From an uncultured Desulfobacter sp. (GTDB taxonomy: Bacteria; Desulfobacterota; Desulfobacteria; Desulfobacterales; Desulfobacteraceae), in assembly GCA_963665095.1 (NCBI GenBank), contig OY762069.1:3776001-3840000 (forward strand): a stretch of 64,000 nucleotides of DNA. Reading direction: 5' to 3'. A model generated the notes under the pieces. That model had not been told where the DNA came from. It worked only from the letters and a program-made list of their open reading frames with translations, and made no database searches. The translations under genes and the position numbers were made by a program. The first letter of the stretch is position 1, and the number at the start of each line of letters is the position of its first letter. This document shows positions 1 to 11,695 of this stretch, in pieces.

Positions 1-1
1 A

Positions 2-301
2 TTGCCCCAACAGGCTGAAAATAAACAGGATTCAACGCAATTCATGGACAATGCGTTACAAGATTTCTTACGGGCGCAACCTCCTGTCATTATAGGGTTA
101 ATCGCCAACTTTACAGGCAGTGCGTTACAAGATGACATCGCTTCCACGCTCCTTCGTATGAAAAAATACGGGCAAGACATTTTATGTTCACAACCCCAAA
201 AAGAAGGAGAGCAAAATGATTGCAAAGGCCCCCATTTTACCATCCAGGGTTCGAAAAACACCCCAAAGCTTCAGTTGGATCGATCATCGCCTGGTGCGTG
301 A
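2..301 (+). CDS. Hypothetical protein, 5' partial, probably IS-associated
   Basis: ORF open from the window edge; overlaps the next ORF; lies inside the IS21-type unit. Confidence 0.45.
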   Translation: MPQQAENKQDSTQFMDNALQDFLRAQPPVIIGLIANFTGSALQDDIASTLLRMKKYGQDILCSQPQKEGEQNDCKGPHFTIQGSKNTPKLQLDRSSPGA

Positions 302-602
302 ACGGCACATTGACAGGTGTACACACTCCCAGTCCGCCCTATATCTGTTTCTGGTGTGTGTGGCCGACAGTCAAGGCATCAGCTACTATGGAGATAAGGC
401 GATCATGGATCGGCTGTGCATGGATTCTGATGGCCTGAAGACAGCACGTTCCGGGTTAATACAGAATGGGCTGATTGCCTGGCAGAGACCTATTTACCAG
501 GTGCTTGCCCTTGACCCTGCTCCTGGTAAATCAAAACGGCACGGCTCCATGCTGCGTCTTTCAGATATTCTAAAAGCAGCAGCGGAGGGCAACCATGATT
601 GA
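216..602 (+). CDS. Hypothetical, possibly HTH-like, accessory protein of the IS21 element
   Basis: AAGGAG RBS before the ATG; 3' end overlaps the istA start (translational coupling). Confidence 0.65.
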   Translation: MIAKAPILPSRVRKTPQSFSWIDHRLVRERHIDRCTHSQSALYLFLVCVADSQGISYYGDKAIMDRLCMDSDGLKTARSGLIQNGLIAWQRPIYQVLALDPAPGKSKRHGSMLRLSDILKAAAEGNHD

Positions 603-2070
603 TTACGAAACCTATGTTCAAATCAGAAATTACTTTACCCGAGACGGCCTGACATACAGCCAGATTGCCAATGCCCTTGATCTGGACCCCAGGACAGTTG
701 CCAGGTGGGCCAACCTGAAAAGGTACCAGCCCAGACAGTCAGCCCCCAGAGAAAGCAAGCTTGATCCGTATAAGAACGCCATCCTGCATATGCTTGAAAA
801 ACATCCCTACAGTTCCCGCCAGATATTTCAACGAATCACCCAGGATGGTTTTGCCGGGGGCATCACCATTGTTGAGGATTATGTCAGGAAGGTGCGGCCG
901 CCCAAAACAAAGGCGTATTTGAAACTGAGTTTTGCTCCGGGTGAAGCTGCCCAGGTGGACTGGGGTTCTTATAGTACAGTAAGGGTGGGCAACACGACCC
1001 GGCGGTTGAGCTTTTTTGTGATGGTGATGTGCCACAGCCGCATGATGTACGTTGAGTTCACGGTCTCCCAGACCATGGAGCATTTTTTAGGCTGCCACCA
1101 GAATGCATTTGAGTTTTTTGGAAAGGTGCCGGAAAAGGTCATGGTGGACAATCTCAAATCCGCTGTTCTAAAAAGACTGCTGGGGAAAGCCCCGGTCTTC
1201 AACCCCAGATACCTTGATTTTGCAGATTATTACGGATTTACAATTGTTCCCTGTAATGTGCGCAAGGGTAATGAAAAAGGCCGGGTTGAAAATGCTGTGG
1301 GCTATGTCAAAAAGAATCTGCTCAACGGTCTTGAAATCCCTGATTTTAAGATCATGGAGCCCACCTGCAAACACTGGCTTGATACTGTCGCCAATGTCAG
1401 AACCCACGGAGAGACCGGTCAAAAGCCCGCAGAGATGTATGCCCTGGAATTGCCCCACCTATACCCTCTGCCGTCAGAACCCTATGATATCGGTGTGGTA
1501 AAGCAGGTACGGGCTTCAAGACAGTACAGGGTAGTCATCGATACAAATGCTTACACAGTACCCGCCCAGCTGGCAGGGGTGGCTTTGACTGCCAAGCTTT
1601 ACCCTGATCGGATCTGCTTTTACCATGAAGACAAGTTGGTTGCCCGCCATGTCAGATCCTATGGCCGCAAAAACGACCTTGAAGATCCTGATCACTCTAA
1701 AATCCTTTTGAGCCAGCGCAAAAAGGCCAGAGACCAGGCAATTTATATGCGTTTTTTAAGCCTCTCTGACAAGGCCCGGGAGTATTACAGGCAATTGCAG
1801 AACAGGCGGCTTAACGCCTCCCATCATGTACGGCAAATCGTGGCCTTGAGTGAAATCTACTCCCGGGAACAAGTTGCCATGGCCATTGAAGATGCCTTTA
1901 AGTTCTCTGCATTCTCATGTGAATACATCGCCAACCTCCTTGAGCAGCGGGTTCGGTCTCCCCAGGAGCCCGGAGCCCTGCATGTTACACATAAAGCAGA
2001 TTTACTGAACCTGACAATCCAGGAGCCTGATCTTAATATTTATACCGCCATAGGAGATAAAAATGCCTGA
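595..2070 (+). CDS. istA: IS21 family transposase IstA
   Basis: N-terminal HTH; GEAAQVDWG, VDNLKSAV and EKGRVENAVGYVK DDE motifs. Confidence 0.95.
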   Translation: MIDYETYVQIRNYFTRDGLTYSQIANALDLDPRTVARWANLKRYQPRQSAPRESKLDPYKNAILHMLEKHPYSSRQIFQRITQDGFAGGITIVEDYVRKVRPPKTKAYLKLSFAPGEAAQVDWGSYSTVRVGNTTRRLSFFVMVMCHSRMMYVEFTVSQTMEHFLGCHQNAFEFFGKVPEKVMVDNLKSAVLKRLLGKAPVFNPRYLDFADYYGFTIVPCNVRKGNEKGRVENAVGYVKKNLLNGLEIPDFKIMEPTCKHWLDTVANVRTHGETGQKPAEMYALELPHLYPLPSEPYDIGVVKQVRASRQYRVVIDTNAYTVPAQLAGVALTAKLYPDRICFYHEDKLVARHVRSYGRKNDLEDPDHSKILLSQRKKARDQAIYMRFLSLSDKAREYYRQLQNRRLNASHHVRQIVALSEIYSREQVAMAIEDAFKFSAFSCEYIANLLEQRVRSPQEPGALHVTHKADLLNLTIQEPDLNIYTAIGDKNA

Positions 2071-2797
2071 TCTTGAGAAATGCCTGTCCCACTTAAAACT
2101 ACCTTATATCAGGGAAAACTATGAGTCAGTGGCTACCCTGGCTGCCCAGAAGCAATGGAGCCACGTTCAATATCTATCAGAGCTTGCCAGGCATGAATCA
2201 CTACTGCGCCATGATAAAACCATCCAGCGCCGTATCCGTATGGCCAAGTTCCCGGTAATCAAAACCCTGGACCAGTTCAACTGGTCATGGCCCAGAAAAA
2301 TCAATCAGGCTCAGATCCAGAATCTGTTCAGACTCAAGTTCATTGAAGAAAAGGGTAACATTATCGTGATCGGCCCGGTCGGTGTTGGGAAAACACATAT
2401 TGCGACTGCTTTAGGTTACCAGGCCTGCCTGAAAAACCATACGGTTCTGTTCTCTTCTGCCATTGATATCGTCAACAATCTGGTGGCAGCCCAGAAGGCG
2501 GGTCAGTTAAAGCAGGAACTGAGAAAATACCTCAAGCCAACTTTGTTGATCATGGATGAACTGGGCTACCTGCCCATTGACAAGATTGGGGCAGACCTGT
2601 TGTTCCAAATTATCAGTCAGCGCTATGAGCAAGGAGCCATCATAATAACCACAAACCGGGTGTTCAAAGATTGGCCGGAGATCTTCAACAATGACATGAC
2701 ATTAACATCAGCTTTGCTGGACAGGCTTCTTCACCACACCGAGCCTGTGGTCATTGAGGGTAAGAGTTTTAGAATGAAAGATGTGACGGAAGAATAA
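2063..2797 (+). CDS. istB: IS21 helper ATPase IstB
   Basis: Walker A GPVGVGKT, Walker B LLIMDELGY, LLDRLLHH, overlap with istA. Confidence 0.95.
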   Translation: MPDLEKCLSHLKLPYIRENYESVATLAAQKQWSHVQYLSELARHESLLRHDKTIQRRIRMAKFPVIKTLDQFNWSWPRKINQAQIQNLFRLKFIEEKGNIIVIGPVGVGKTHIATALGYQACLKNHTVLFSSAIDIVNNLVAAQKAGQLKQELRKYLKPTLLIMDELGYLPIDKIGADLLFQIISQRYEQGAIIITTNRVFKDWPEIFNNDMTLTSALLDRLLHHTEPVVIEGKSFRMKDVTEE

Positions 2798-2896
2798 CAA
2801 AGCCGAGGCCGGTCTACATGCATCTGGAGGCCGGCCCTTTAATCGCCTACATTTTTAAACCGGGAGATTTATGACATGTTCACGCCCCGCCTGACA

Positions 2897-5800
2897 ATCC
2901 GGAGCATGGGCCGGACCATTACCCTGCCCAAAATGTCCCTGGCACCGGCTGAAGATACGCAGATCAAACGCGGTATCATGAATGCCGTGTACTTTACCGT
3001 AGAAAATCAGTCCGGCAAAGCGTTATCCGGCATGAAAATCAAGGCGGACCTTGGCGGCCGCACCCACCAGTCCGCCGTCTTTGCCCTGGCAGCCAAAGAG
3101 TCCCAATCCATAGAGGTAATTATCGGCGGATATGACGAACTTGCCGATATAGAGCTTCTCACCACAAGCCTTGTGATCACGCCCAATGCCGGAGAAACCG
3201 TCACCATCACAAGAACGTCTCAGGTGGAGGTGTCAGACAGCCTGATGCCGCTGCAGATTAAAAACGAAGAATTCATCCGGGGCGGTGCCGGCAGGGTCTG
3301 GTTCACCCTGTCCAATACAGGGGCAGCCGTTGCCGAGATCGTCACCGCAGAAACCAGCAACGCCGCAGCCTCTTCAGAGATCCGGTACTATCTCATGGAT
3401 GAGGACGACAATGTCCTGTACGCCAAGGCGTTCAAGCAAAGCCTGGGCGACCACATCGTAACCCTGCCCAACAGGCGCACCGTGGCCAGGATACCGGCCG
3501 GCCAGATGTTTACCTCCGCCCCCATGGACCTGTTCGTCCCTGCCAATGCCCCGGACACGGTATACGTGCGCCTGGAGATTGACCATATATACAACAGCCT
3601 GGGCCAGGACAGCCAGGTTACCATGGCAGGCACCAGAACCCGGCAGCAGATCAGCCTGAAGGATACCTCCTATTACGGTGAGATCCTCTCCATAGCCCCG
3701 GAGGTCTCCAAGGGGGACCAGGACATTGTGATCACGGGCCGGGCCATTGACCGGGCCACTCAAGAGCCCCTGGCAGATGCGGCGTTGAACCTGTTTATCA
3801 CGGTCAGCGGTTTTGAGCGCAAAATCTCCGTGATGACCGGATCAGACGGTACCTTTACCCACACCTTTGAACCCCTTGAGAATGAAGCCGGCATTTTTTA
3901 TGTGCATGCGGTCCATCCGGATCTTCTGGACCGGCCAAACCAGGGCAGCTTTATCATCAACAAGGTCCAGGTTACCCCATCCAAGATCCAGGTATCTGTC
4001 CCCCGGAACTATGAGCAGAAGATCAGCCTCAAGGTAGTCACAGAAACAGGCACGGACCTGACCAACCTGACCGTGGCGGCCAATGCAGCGCTTCCCCAGG
4101 GGGTCCATCTGGACTGCGGTGAGCCCATCGCCATTGTTGAAGGCGGCAGAACCGTAACTTTAAGCCCGGTTCTCTGGGCAGACAACAGTGCCGAAGATAC
4201 ATCTTTGATTGAGCTTGTTGTCACCAGCGACGAGTCTGCGGGAGCCCCCTGGGCCACCATCCTGGTGGATGCCCTTTATTCTCAGAGCGAACCGGCCCTG
4301 TATTTTACTCCGGACCATATAGAAACCGGTGTGGCCCAGGGCGACATGGTCACCGAGACCATCACCCTGAGCAACAAGGGGCTTGCCGCCATGACCGGCG
4401 TGGCCCTGACCCTGATCAACTCCCAGGGCAATAGCGCCCCTGACTGGATACGGCTCAACACCCCGTCAGACATCGGCACCCTGGCTGTGGGGGATGAACG
4501 CAACGTCTCCATCAGCTTTCTTCCCGGGACTGATGAGCCCCAGGGCATGCAGGTCTTTTATCTGAAAGTTGAAAGCGACAACTACCCCGAAACCAAAATC
4601 GGCCTCTACCCCACCATCTCAAGCTCCGGCATCGGCAGTGTCCTGTTCAAGCTGTCTGATATCTACACCGGCACCTTCAATGCCAAAAACGAGCTGATCC
4701 GGGGCCTTGGCAATGCCAGAATCCGGATGCAGAACGAAGCCACATTAGCCGACCACACAGCCACCACAGACGACCTGGGCGAAGCCCTGTTCGAGGATCT
4801 GCCCTCAGGGGCCTACAAATGCAAAATCACCGCAAACAACCACCAGGAGTACACCGGCCGTGTCTGGGTCAAGCCCGGCATTACCGTGGCAAAGGAGGTG
4901 TTCCTGGAGTACAACCTGGTCACCGTGGAGTGGGAGGTCAACGAGATCACCATTGAAGATAAATACGAAATCCTGCTCTCAGCCACATTTGAGACCGATG
5001 TCCCTGCTGCCGTGGTCGTGGCCGAACCCTTGTCCGTCACCCTGCCGGACATGGAAAAAGGCGATGTCTACCTGGGCGAGTTCACCTTAACCAACCACGG
5101 CCTGATCCGGGCGGACGACCTTGACATCCCCGTGCCTGACAGCGACGACAACTTCCAGTACGAGATCCTCACCGGCATTCCCGAGTCTCTGGAAGCCAAA
5201 CAGCGGCTCACCATCCCCTACCGCATCACCTGCCTTAACTCCCTGGAAGCTGACGAGGAAGACCAGACCGGCGGGGGCTGCTATACCTACCAGAAGTGCA
5301 TCCCCATATCCTACGGGTATGAGTGCGCCAACGGCCGGAACACCAGCGGTGCCACCCGGCACTGTTTTTACAAGAGCTGCGGCACATGCGGCTCCGGCAG
5401 TTCCGGCGGCAGCACCAGCGGCGGGGGCTCTTCCGGCTACTATTACTCAGGGGACGGCGGAGCCTCATCTTCATCCTCAGCCCCGTCCTACACCCCCATG
5501 GAAACAGACGAACAAAAATGCCTGCCCTCACCAGACCCCAAAGAACCCGAGTGCGACAAATGCAAGGCCACCAGCCAGAACCAGAGCATCACCGTAGGCA
5601 GTGAAGTGAACACCCTTATGAGAGAATACAGGGACGAAGCCACGGACCTGGCCGTTAAAACAGCCGGGGGCTTGCTCTCCATCACCCGGCGGTACCGGTC
5701 CGGCACCTGGCAGTGGGATGACCTGAAGCAAATGGTTGACGGCCGTCCCGATGCCACCTCCCCGTACACCCCTTCCGCCTATGGCCCGGATTATGTGACC

Positions 5801-8153
5801 CGGGGGGATGTGCCCTATGAAAAAACCGCCTCAGGCATATACAAAAACGAGACATTCACCATAGAGCGCAAAACCGATACAGATCAATACCAGGCAGACA
5901 AGTACACGTTCAAAGACAAGCACGGCAACTGGATCATCTACGACACTTCGGGCCGGCCCATGTCATACGGCAGCCGCACCGGCACCACAGCCACATACCT
6001 GTATAACAGCCAGTACGATACCCGGCCCTCCGGCCTTGAGGACCGATACGGCGCACTGGTGTTCTCGTTTGATTTTGACGGAGACGGCAACCTGATCCGG
6101 GTCTATGATGCCGATGCCAGGGAGGTGCGCTACGATTACACTGACGGCCGCCTCACCCGGGTCACGGATGTACTTGACCATGAAACCGCTTACGAATACA
6201 GCAACGGCAACCTGATCAAAAAGACCAATGCCCTGGGCCATGAGACCCTGATCACCTACAACTCTTCCAATGATCCCGTCGAGGTCACCAACCCCGGCGG
6301 CGGGGCCTACACCTTTGAATACGACTATGACAAAAACAAAAAGCAGTACTATGCCATGGTCAAAACCCCGGGCGGCACAGTCAGGGAGATGTGGTACTCT
6401 GCCGACAGCGACACCATCCGGGTGGACATAAACGGAGAGACCATCCAAAAGGTTGATGTGGACAACAGGACCCACATCATCACAGACAGGGCCGGCAACG
6501 AGACAATCAAAACCTATGATGAAAACGACAACCTTAAATCCATTACCTATCCTGACGGCACCAAGGTGCTGTACCAGTATGACCTGTCCCTGAACAAGCC
6601 GGTGCAAAAGCAGGACCGGCGCAACAGCATCACCACCAATGAGTACGACAATGCCGGCAACCTGATCCAAAAGGTTGATGCCAAAGGCACCACCACGGAA
6701 CGTACCACCACCTATACCTATGATGCTGACGGAAACATCCTGTCTTCAACCATTGAGGCGGATACCAGCACGGAAGAAAGTACCACCACCTTTACCTATG
6801 ACACCACCGGTAACCTTGAATCCGTAACAGATCCCGAAGGCCACACCACCAGGTTCACAAGCTTTGACATCATGGGCAATGTGCTGGCAAAAACCGATGC
6901 CAGGGGTAAAGAGTGGTCCTACATCTACGATGCCAAAGGACGGCTGACGGCCACCACAGATCCTTTGGACCACACCACTACCTTTGAATATGATGCCCTG
7001 GACAACCGCACAGCTGTCATTGATCCCAACCTCAAACGGACAGAATACGAATATGACACCCTATCCAACCTGGTCAAGGTCAAAGATCCATTAGGCAATG
7101 GGACCCTGATGACTTACACTCCGGACCAAAAGCTGTCTTCACAAACCGATGCCACAGGCAGCACCACAGCCTACGAGTACGACAATGAAAACCGCCTGAC
7201 CCTGACCATGGACCCGGCCGGCAACGAAACCCGGCTCACCTATACAGACGGGTCCGGCTGCTCCTCCTGCGCATCCGGCTCCGGCAACCAGATCGACACG
7301 GTAACCTACCCGACCTTCAAAAAACAGTTCACCTACGACACCCAGGGAAGAAAGCTGACAGAAACCGATATCCTGTCTGACACGGAATCCCGGACCACGG
7401 CCTTTGAATACGACAATGCAGGCAACCTGATCCTGAAAACCGACGCACAGGACAACGACACCCTTTACGCCTATGACGCCCTGAACCGCCTGACGATTGT
7501 GGCAGATCCAGCCGGCGGCATGACCCGGTACGAATACGACGCCCGGGACAACCTGATCAGCCTCACCGACGCCAATGACAATACCACCCGGTTCGAGTAC
7601 GACCGTGCCAACCGCCTGACAAAAGAGATCCGCCCCATGGGCCAGACAACAGCCTATGTCTATGATGAAAGCGGAAACCTGGCCCAGAAGACAGATGCTA
7701 AGAACCAGCTTACCACCTATACCTACGACACAGCCAACCGCCTGACCCAAATCAAATACTATGCCGACGCATCAGATCCCGATTCCGCCAAAACCGTCAA
7801 GTTCACCTACGACAACGCCGGCAATCTGCTCACCTGGAACGATGGCTCTGCATCCGGCACATTTACCTATGACGACCTGAACCGCAAGCTCACTGATACA
7901 GTCAACTTCGGGCCGTTCACAAAAACCATTACCTACACCTGGGCTGCCAACAGCCAGAAAAACAGCTACACAGACCCATCCGGCAATGTTTACAATTACG
8001 CCTACGTCAACAACCAACTCGCAGGCATTGAACTGCCGGGCACCGGCACCATCCCCACCAGTGCCTACAAATGGAACCGGCCGGCCACCATCCAGTACCC
8101 GGGCGGTACTAAACAAACCCGGACCTATGACCCGCTCATGCGCCTGACCTCGG
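2897..8153 (+). pseudogene. Giant Ig-like/RHS-YD repeat protein copy 1, middle segment (cut by IS21 at the 5' side and by a transposon at the 3' side)
   Basis: YD repeats; colinear with copies 2 and 3. The called ORF 2876..8212 starts inside IS21 and reads into the next element. Confidence 0.9.
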
Positions 8154-8350
8154 TGAGAGGAAGCACGATAATCAATGGAGCGACAATCAGGATAAATCAG
8201 GGAAAGGCATAACTGTATTTTCAATGATTAGCAGATGTCGCTGCGCTCCGACTGATTTTATTGGGTTTTTTAAGGCATGAGCAGGAAAGCTTGAATAATA
8301 CAGAAAGGGGAAGCAGGTCAACCCCGCTTCCCCCGGCGCATTATTCAATG

Positions 8351-8593
8351 CTACCTGCTTTTGGCTATCCCTTGCCGGGTTTCCTCCCCAGGATGTCCCG
8401 GCTCCGTTTCACCAAAACCATAAAATTCATTTTCTCTTTGTTCCTCTTGTTTGATCTCCAGCAATTCTGTCAAAAGATGATTTTCCGAGTTTATTTTTTT
8501 TAAACTGACAAGGATCAACTCCATGACCAGATTGCCCAGCTCGTCGACAATTTCAGCCATTGTTTTTTCAAGTTGTGTTTCTTTGATTGTCAT
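8351..8593 (-). CDS. Small hypothetical protein in the transposon
   Basis: GAGGT RBS just after the ATPase stop; same strand as the other element genes. Confidence 0.5.
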   Translation of the reverse strand: MTIKETQLEKTMAEIVDELGNLVMELILVSLKKINSENHLLTELLEIKQEEQRENEFYGFGETEPGHPGEETRQGIAKSR

Positions 8594-8604
8594 TTTTATA
8601 CCTC

Positions 8605-9432
8605 TTATCTGGTTGGCGACGGTTTCAGTGAAAAAAGCTCTATGAAAAGTTTCTCATCCAGTTGCGGCAGCTCTCTTTGAACGCCCACTTCAAGCAGTTC
8701 TGCCGACATATTATTGAGAACCCGTAAGTTTCCTGTACAGTGCTCTACCAAAGCGGTAATTAAAGGTTTTGTCATGAGTTGAGGCGCTCCGGCCTGGTTT
8801 AGGCAATGCGCTATATAATCCAACAACTCTTCCCGGGTATAAGGCTCCAATTTTAACCGGAACCGGAGTCGACTGCCCAGGGCTACCAATGCACTGGTTC
8901 TGAACCGTTCCGGCAGCCGGGTATCACCACAGATAATGGTGGTCAATAAATTCTGGGAGTCAAAATCCATACTGTTGAGCAACCGAAGCTCATTCAGGCA
9001 TCCCGTAAGCATTTCCTGAGCCTCATCAATGAGCAGGACGGGCCTGAACAGGGTTGTTTTTATATGATTTTTCCATCGTTGCCGGAGATCTTTGAACCCT
9101 CCGTAACGGTTGGCCGGACTCAAATTGACACCAAACAATGTCCCCATTTCCCGATAAAAATCGGCTACACTGCTTTGGGGCCGCTCCATAACGCCGACAA
9201 CGACTTCATCAAGCTTGCCAAGCTGATGGGCAATCGCCTGCAGTATCTTGGATTTACCAAGACCGGGTTCTCCGGCAATCAATGCAAATCCACCGTTCAT
9301 GATCATATTTTCAAGGCGGATAATAAACGCGTCCATCCGGGGCGGATGCCATAATGAGTCCACAGGGATGTTTGGTAAAAAAGGATTGTACTTCAATCCA
9401 TAATAAGCCAGTAATCGTTTGCTGTTCATCAC
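8605..9432 (-). CDS. ExeA-family AAA ATPase (transposition helper)
   Basis: GEPGLGKS Walker A, LLIDEAQ Walker B; GGAGG RBS and overlap with the transposase stop. Confidence 0.88.
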   Translation of the reverse strand: MMNSKRLLAYYGLKYNPFLPNIPVDSLWHPPRMDAFIIRLENMIMNGGFALIAGEPGLGKSKILQAIAHQLGKLDEVVVGVMERPQSSVADFYREMGTLFGVNLSPANRYGGFKDLRQRWKNHIKTTLFRPVLLIDEAQEMLTGCLNELRLLNSMDFDSQNLLTTIICGDTRLPERFRTSALVALGSRLRFRLKLEPYTREELLDYIAHCLNQAGAPQLMTKPLITALVEHCTGNLRVLNNMSAELLEVGVQRELPQLDEKLFIELFSLKPSPTR

Positions 9433-10874
9433 CTTTCCTCCATTGGCAAGTAGGCACAAGGCATTCCGGTTGCTGCATAATCGGACAAGAGCTTTTTAAG
9501 CAGGGCCGGTTCTAATCCGGACAGGGTTTCATGGCCGGGGTTGATTTCATCCGGTGTGGATCTGATACGACGGATTGCTGAAGCATTCTTTGTCTTGTCC
9601 TGGGGATAAATTGCGGCAAGCTTATTTCCGGTTCGTTTGTCTATCAGCCAGGCAACCGATTTATCCCAGGAGCAGAAACAGACATGAAGGCGCTGGATAT
9701 GATTAAACCGTGAAGGGATTTCAAACCGGATGCCCATCAAAGAGATGGTACCATCGGATAGACGCTGTTTTCTGGATTCACAGGCTGTAAACGAAAATTG
9801 AAGCTGTTCAGGTTCCGGTGCAGGACGGGACACATCCTTGCCGTCAAGGGCGCATTGCAATGGCGACATATGAATTTCATCATGGGTTGACTTGTTGTAT
9901 TCCATCTCGATCCAGGCCTGGGAGACCTGGTTTAAATATACCAGGGTCAAGGAATCCATCCGGCTCAGCATGGCGATCAGCCGGCCTTCAAGTGTACCCC
10001 AAAAGGCTTCCTGTTTCCCATTTTGATAGGGCGAGTACGGCAACGTGGTCTCATGGCTGACGCCCAATCGTTTAAGTCCATTGACGGTTTCATGAGCAAT
10101 CATGGCAGAACCATTATCTGTCATCAAAGCTCTGGGAAGCCCTCTTTTGTAAAACGCCTGGGACAAGCCGTGGATCAACACCTCTGCCGTTTCATTCAAA
10201 TACCATTGAATATGACAACACAGACGGGAGCGGTCATCAAGAATGCACAATGCCTTGGGCGTATGCCACTGACCTTTTTCGTCCACCACGCGCCTGCTGC
10301 ATTCGTGAAAGTCCAGATGCCATAATTCATGGATATTTTCGGCTTCATAACCGCGGACTTCATACGTTTCAAATCGTTTAGACGCTGATTTCTGTCCGGA
10401 TGTTTGATTTTTGTTATTGGAAGCCTTTTTTCTCCAACCCCGTTCAACCATACGCCTTCTCACACTTGCATAGGACGGCGGATTCTCACACAGGCCCTGT
10501 TCAGCGATTTCAGCTGCCAGGTTGTCGCAATGAAGCTGATAGCTCCATTGCGGATAAGTGTTGTACTGGACACCAAGAAGGCGGATCAATTCAGCATTCA
10601 ATGCTGTGGATTTGCCCATATCTGAACGGACTTTACGGCCCAGTGCCAGAATTGGGTCCTGACAATTTTTTGCCCTGTAATACCAGGCCTCAATGGTGGA
10701 AAAATGAAAACAGGTCGGTTTGTTCGTCACAGGATGAGAATAGATTTGACCTGCGAGCCGGGTCAGTTCAATTTGCAATTCTCCCTTTGCCGGAGGGCGT
10801 GCCAGTAAACCACCGATAACCGAAAAGCGAAATAATGCCCACAGGTCTGCCGGGTGTTGTGTTTTACCACTCAT
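9429..10874 (-). CDS. DDE integrase/transposase (rve core, Mu/IS481-like)
   Basis: LWHLDF, ILDDRSR, TDNGSA and QNGKQEAFW motifs. Confidence 0.9.
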   Translation of the reverse strand: MSGKTQHPADLWALFRFSVIGGLLARPPAKGELQIELTRLAGQIYSHPVTNKPTCFHFSTIEAWYYRAKNCQDPILALGRKVRSDMGKSTALNAELIRLLGVQYNTYPQWSYQLHCDNLAAEIAEQGLCENPPSYASVRRRMVERGWRKKASNNKNQTSGQKSASKRFETYEVRGYEAENIHELWHLDFHECSRRVVDEKGQWHTPKALCILDDRSRLCCHIQWYLNETAEVLIHGLSQAFYKRGLPRALMTDNGSAMIAHETVNGLKRLGVSHETTLPYSPYQNGKQEAFWGTLEGRLIAMLSRMDSLTLVYLNQVSQAWIEMEYNKSTHDEIHMSPLQCALDGKDVSRPAPEPEQLQFSFTACESRKQRLSDGTISLMGIRFEIPSRFNHIQRLHVCFCSWDKSVAWLIDKRTGNKLAAIYPQDKTKNASAIRRIRSTPDEINPGHETLSGLEPALLKKLLSDYAATGMPCAYLPMEER

Positions 10875-10980
10875 AAATCAGGCTCCTTTTTAATTTCAGG
10901 TTAAAATTTCGGATCAACGCCTGGGATCAGGTGGTAAAACAACCTGCATGTATTTGTCTATGTTCATCCTCTGCGCGAAA

Positions 10981-11556
10981 TTATCCGGCCCTGATTTTGG
11001 ACCCGCCTGATAAGATTATCAGGCTTGATACAAGCGCGTCTCCGGCGTTGGATTTCACCGTCCGGCAATAATTGATGAAACTTGACGGCAGACGGCTGTT
11101 ACTGACACCGGCGGATATTTGCCCCCGAATCTTGCGCCAGGTTCGGCTCGCTGGAAACGTATCCTGAAAAAAGCCAAGCCAGCGGTTTAATGTGTTCCGG
11201 CAAATGCCTGTTCGTATGGACCAGTCAGACACGTTGACTTTTTCATTGGTATTTTGCCAGTCCGTTAAAACACACAGAATAACTGCAAACCAGTAGACTT
11301 TTCTTCCCAGAAAACGGCAGGACGGCGGCATCAGTCTTTTGCGACACCCTTCGTTTCCACAACACAGGCTGAACTGAATAAAGAACTCCTCCGGCACGCC
11401 CTCAGGCTCTCCCCGGGGCTTGCGCATGTAATTGCTGAAATATAAGGGGCCGCCACAATAGGGGCAAGGCAACTGTCTGTACTGTTCTGCTGTACTTTTG
11501 TCGATTTCGTAAAGACGGGAAAAAAGATTTTTATTTTTAATAAGTTCTGATAGCAT
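10981..11556 (-). CDS. Cys-rich putative Zn-binding/HTH accessory protein of the transposon
   Basis: CPYCGG...CCGNEGC motif; first gene inside the element end. Confidence 0.7.
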   Translation of the reverse strand: MLSELIKNKNLFSRLYEIDKSTAEQYRQLPCPYCGGPLYFSNYMRKPRGEPEGVPEEFFIQFSLCCGNEGCRKRLMPPSCRFLGRKVYWFAVILCVLTDWQNTNEKVNVSDWSIRTGICRNTLNRWLGFFQDTFPASRTWRKIRGQISAGVSNSRLPSSFINYCRTVKSNAGDALVSSLIILSGGSKIRAG

Positions 11557-11695
11557 ATCTCCTGCCCTGTTGGGGGTAATAGGGGCAGAAGTTCCATTGA
11601 TTATTTGCGAGATAAACGGGGGAGCTTCTGCCTCATCCCTGACATATCTTGCAAATTATCTTTAATTTTTCCATGATTTTTTGTGATCATTCTCA

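Larger units (their letters stand above)
1..2896 (+). mobile_element. IS21-family element (left end outside window) carrying two accessory ORFs before istA/istB; inserted into the Rhs copy 1 gene
   Basis: istA/istB pair is present. The element ends ...CACGCCCCGCCTGACA at 2896 (IS21 ends are TG...CA). Rhs coding sequence (IRSMGRTITLP, homologous to VQSMGRAITLP in copy 3) resumes at 2897. Confidence 0.85.
8154..11695 (-). mobile_element. 3542-bp transposon with DDE transposase, ExeA-like AAA ATPase and two small ORFs
   Basis: 6-bp TSD CCTCGG at 8148-8153 and 11696-11701; imperfect terminal IRs TGAGAggaagCAC / TGAGAatgatCAC; the empty site is visible in Rhs copies 2 and 3. Confidence 0.92.

Noticed and set aside
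2876..8212. 1778-aa ORF as an intact gene
   Set aside because: Its start lies inside the IS21 end and its last codons come from the inserted transposon
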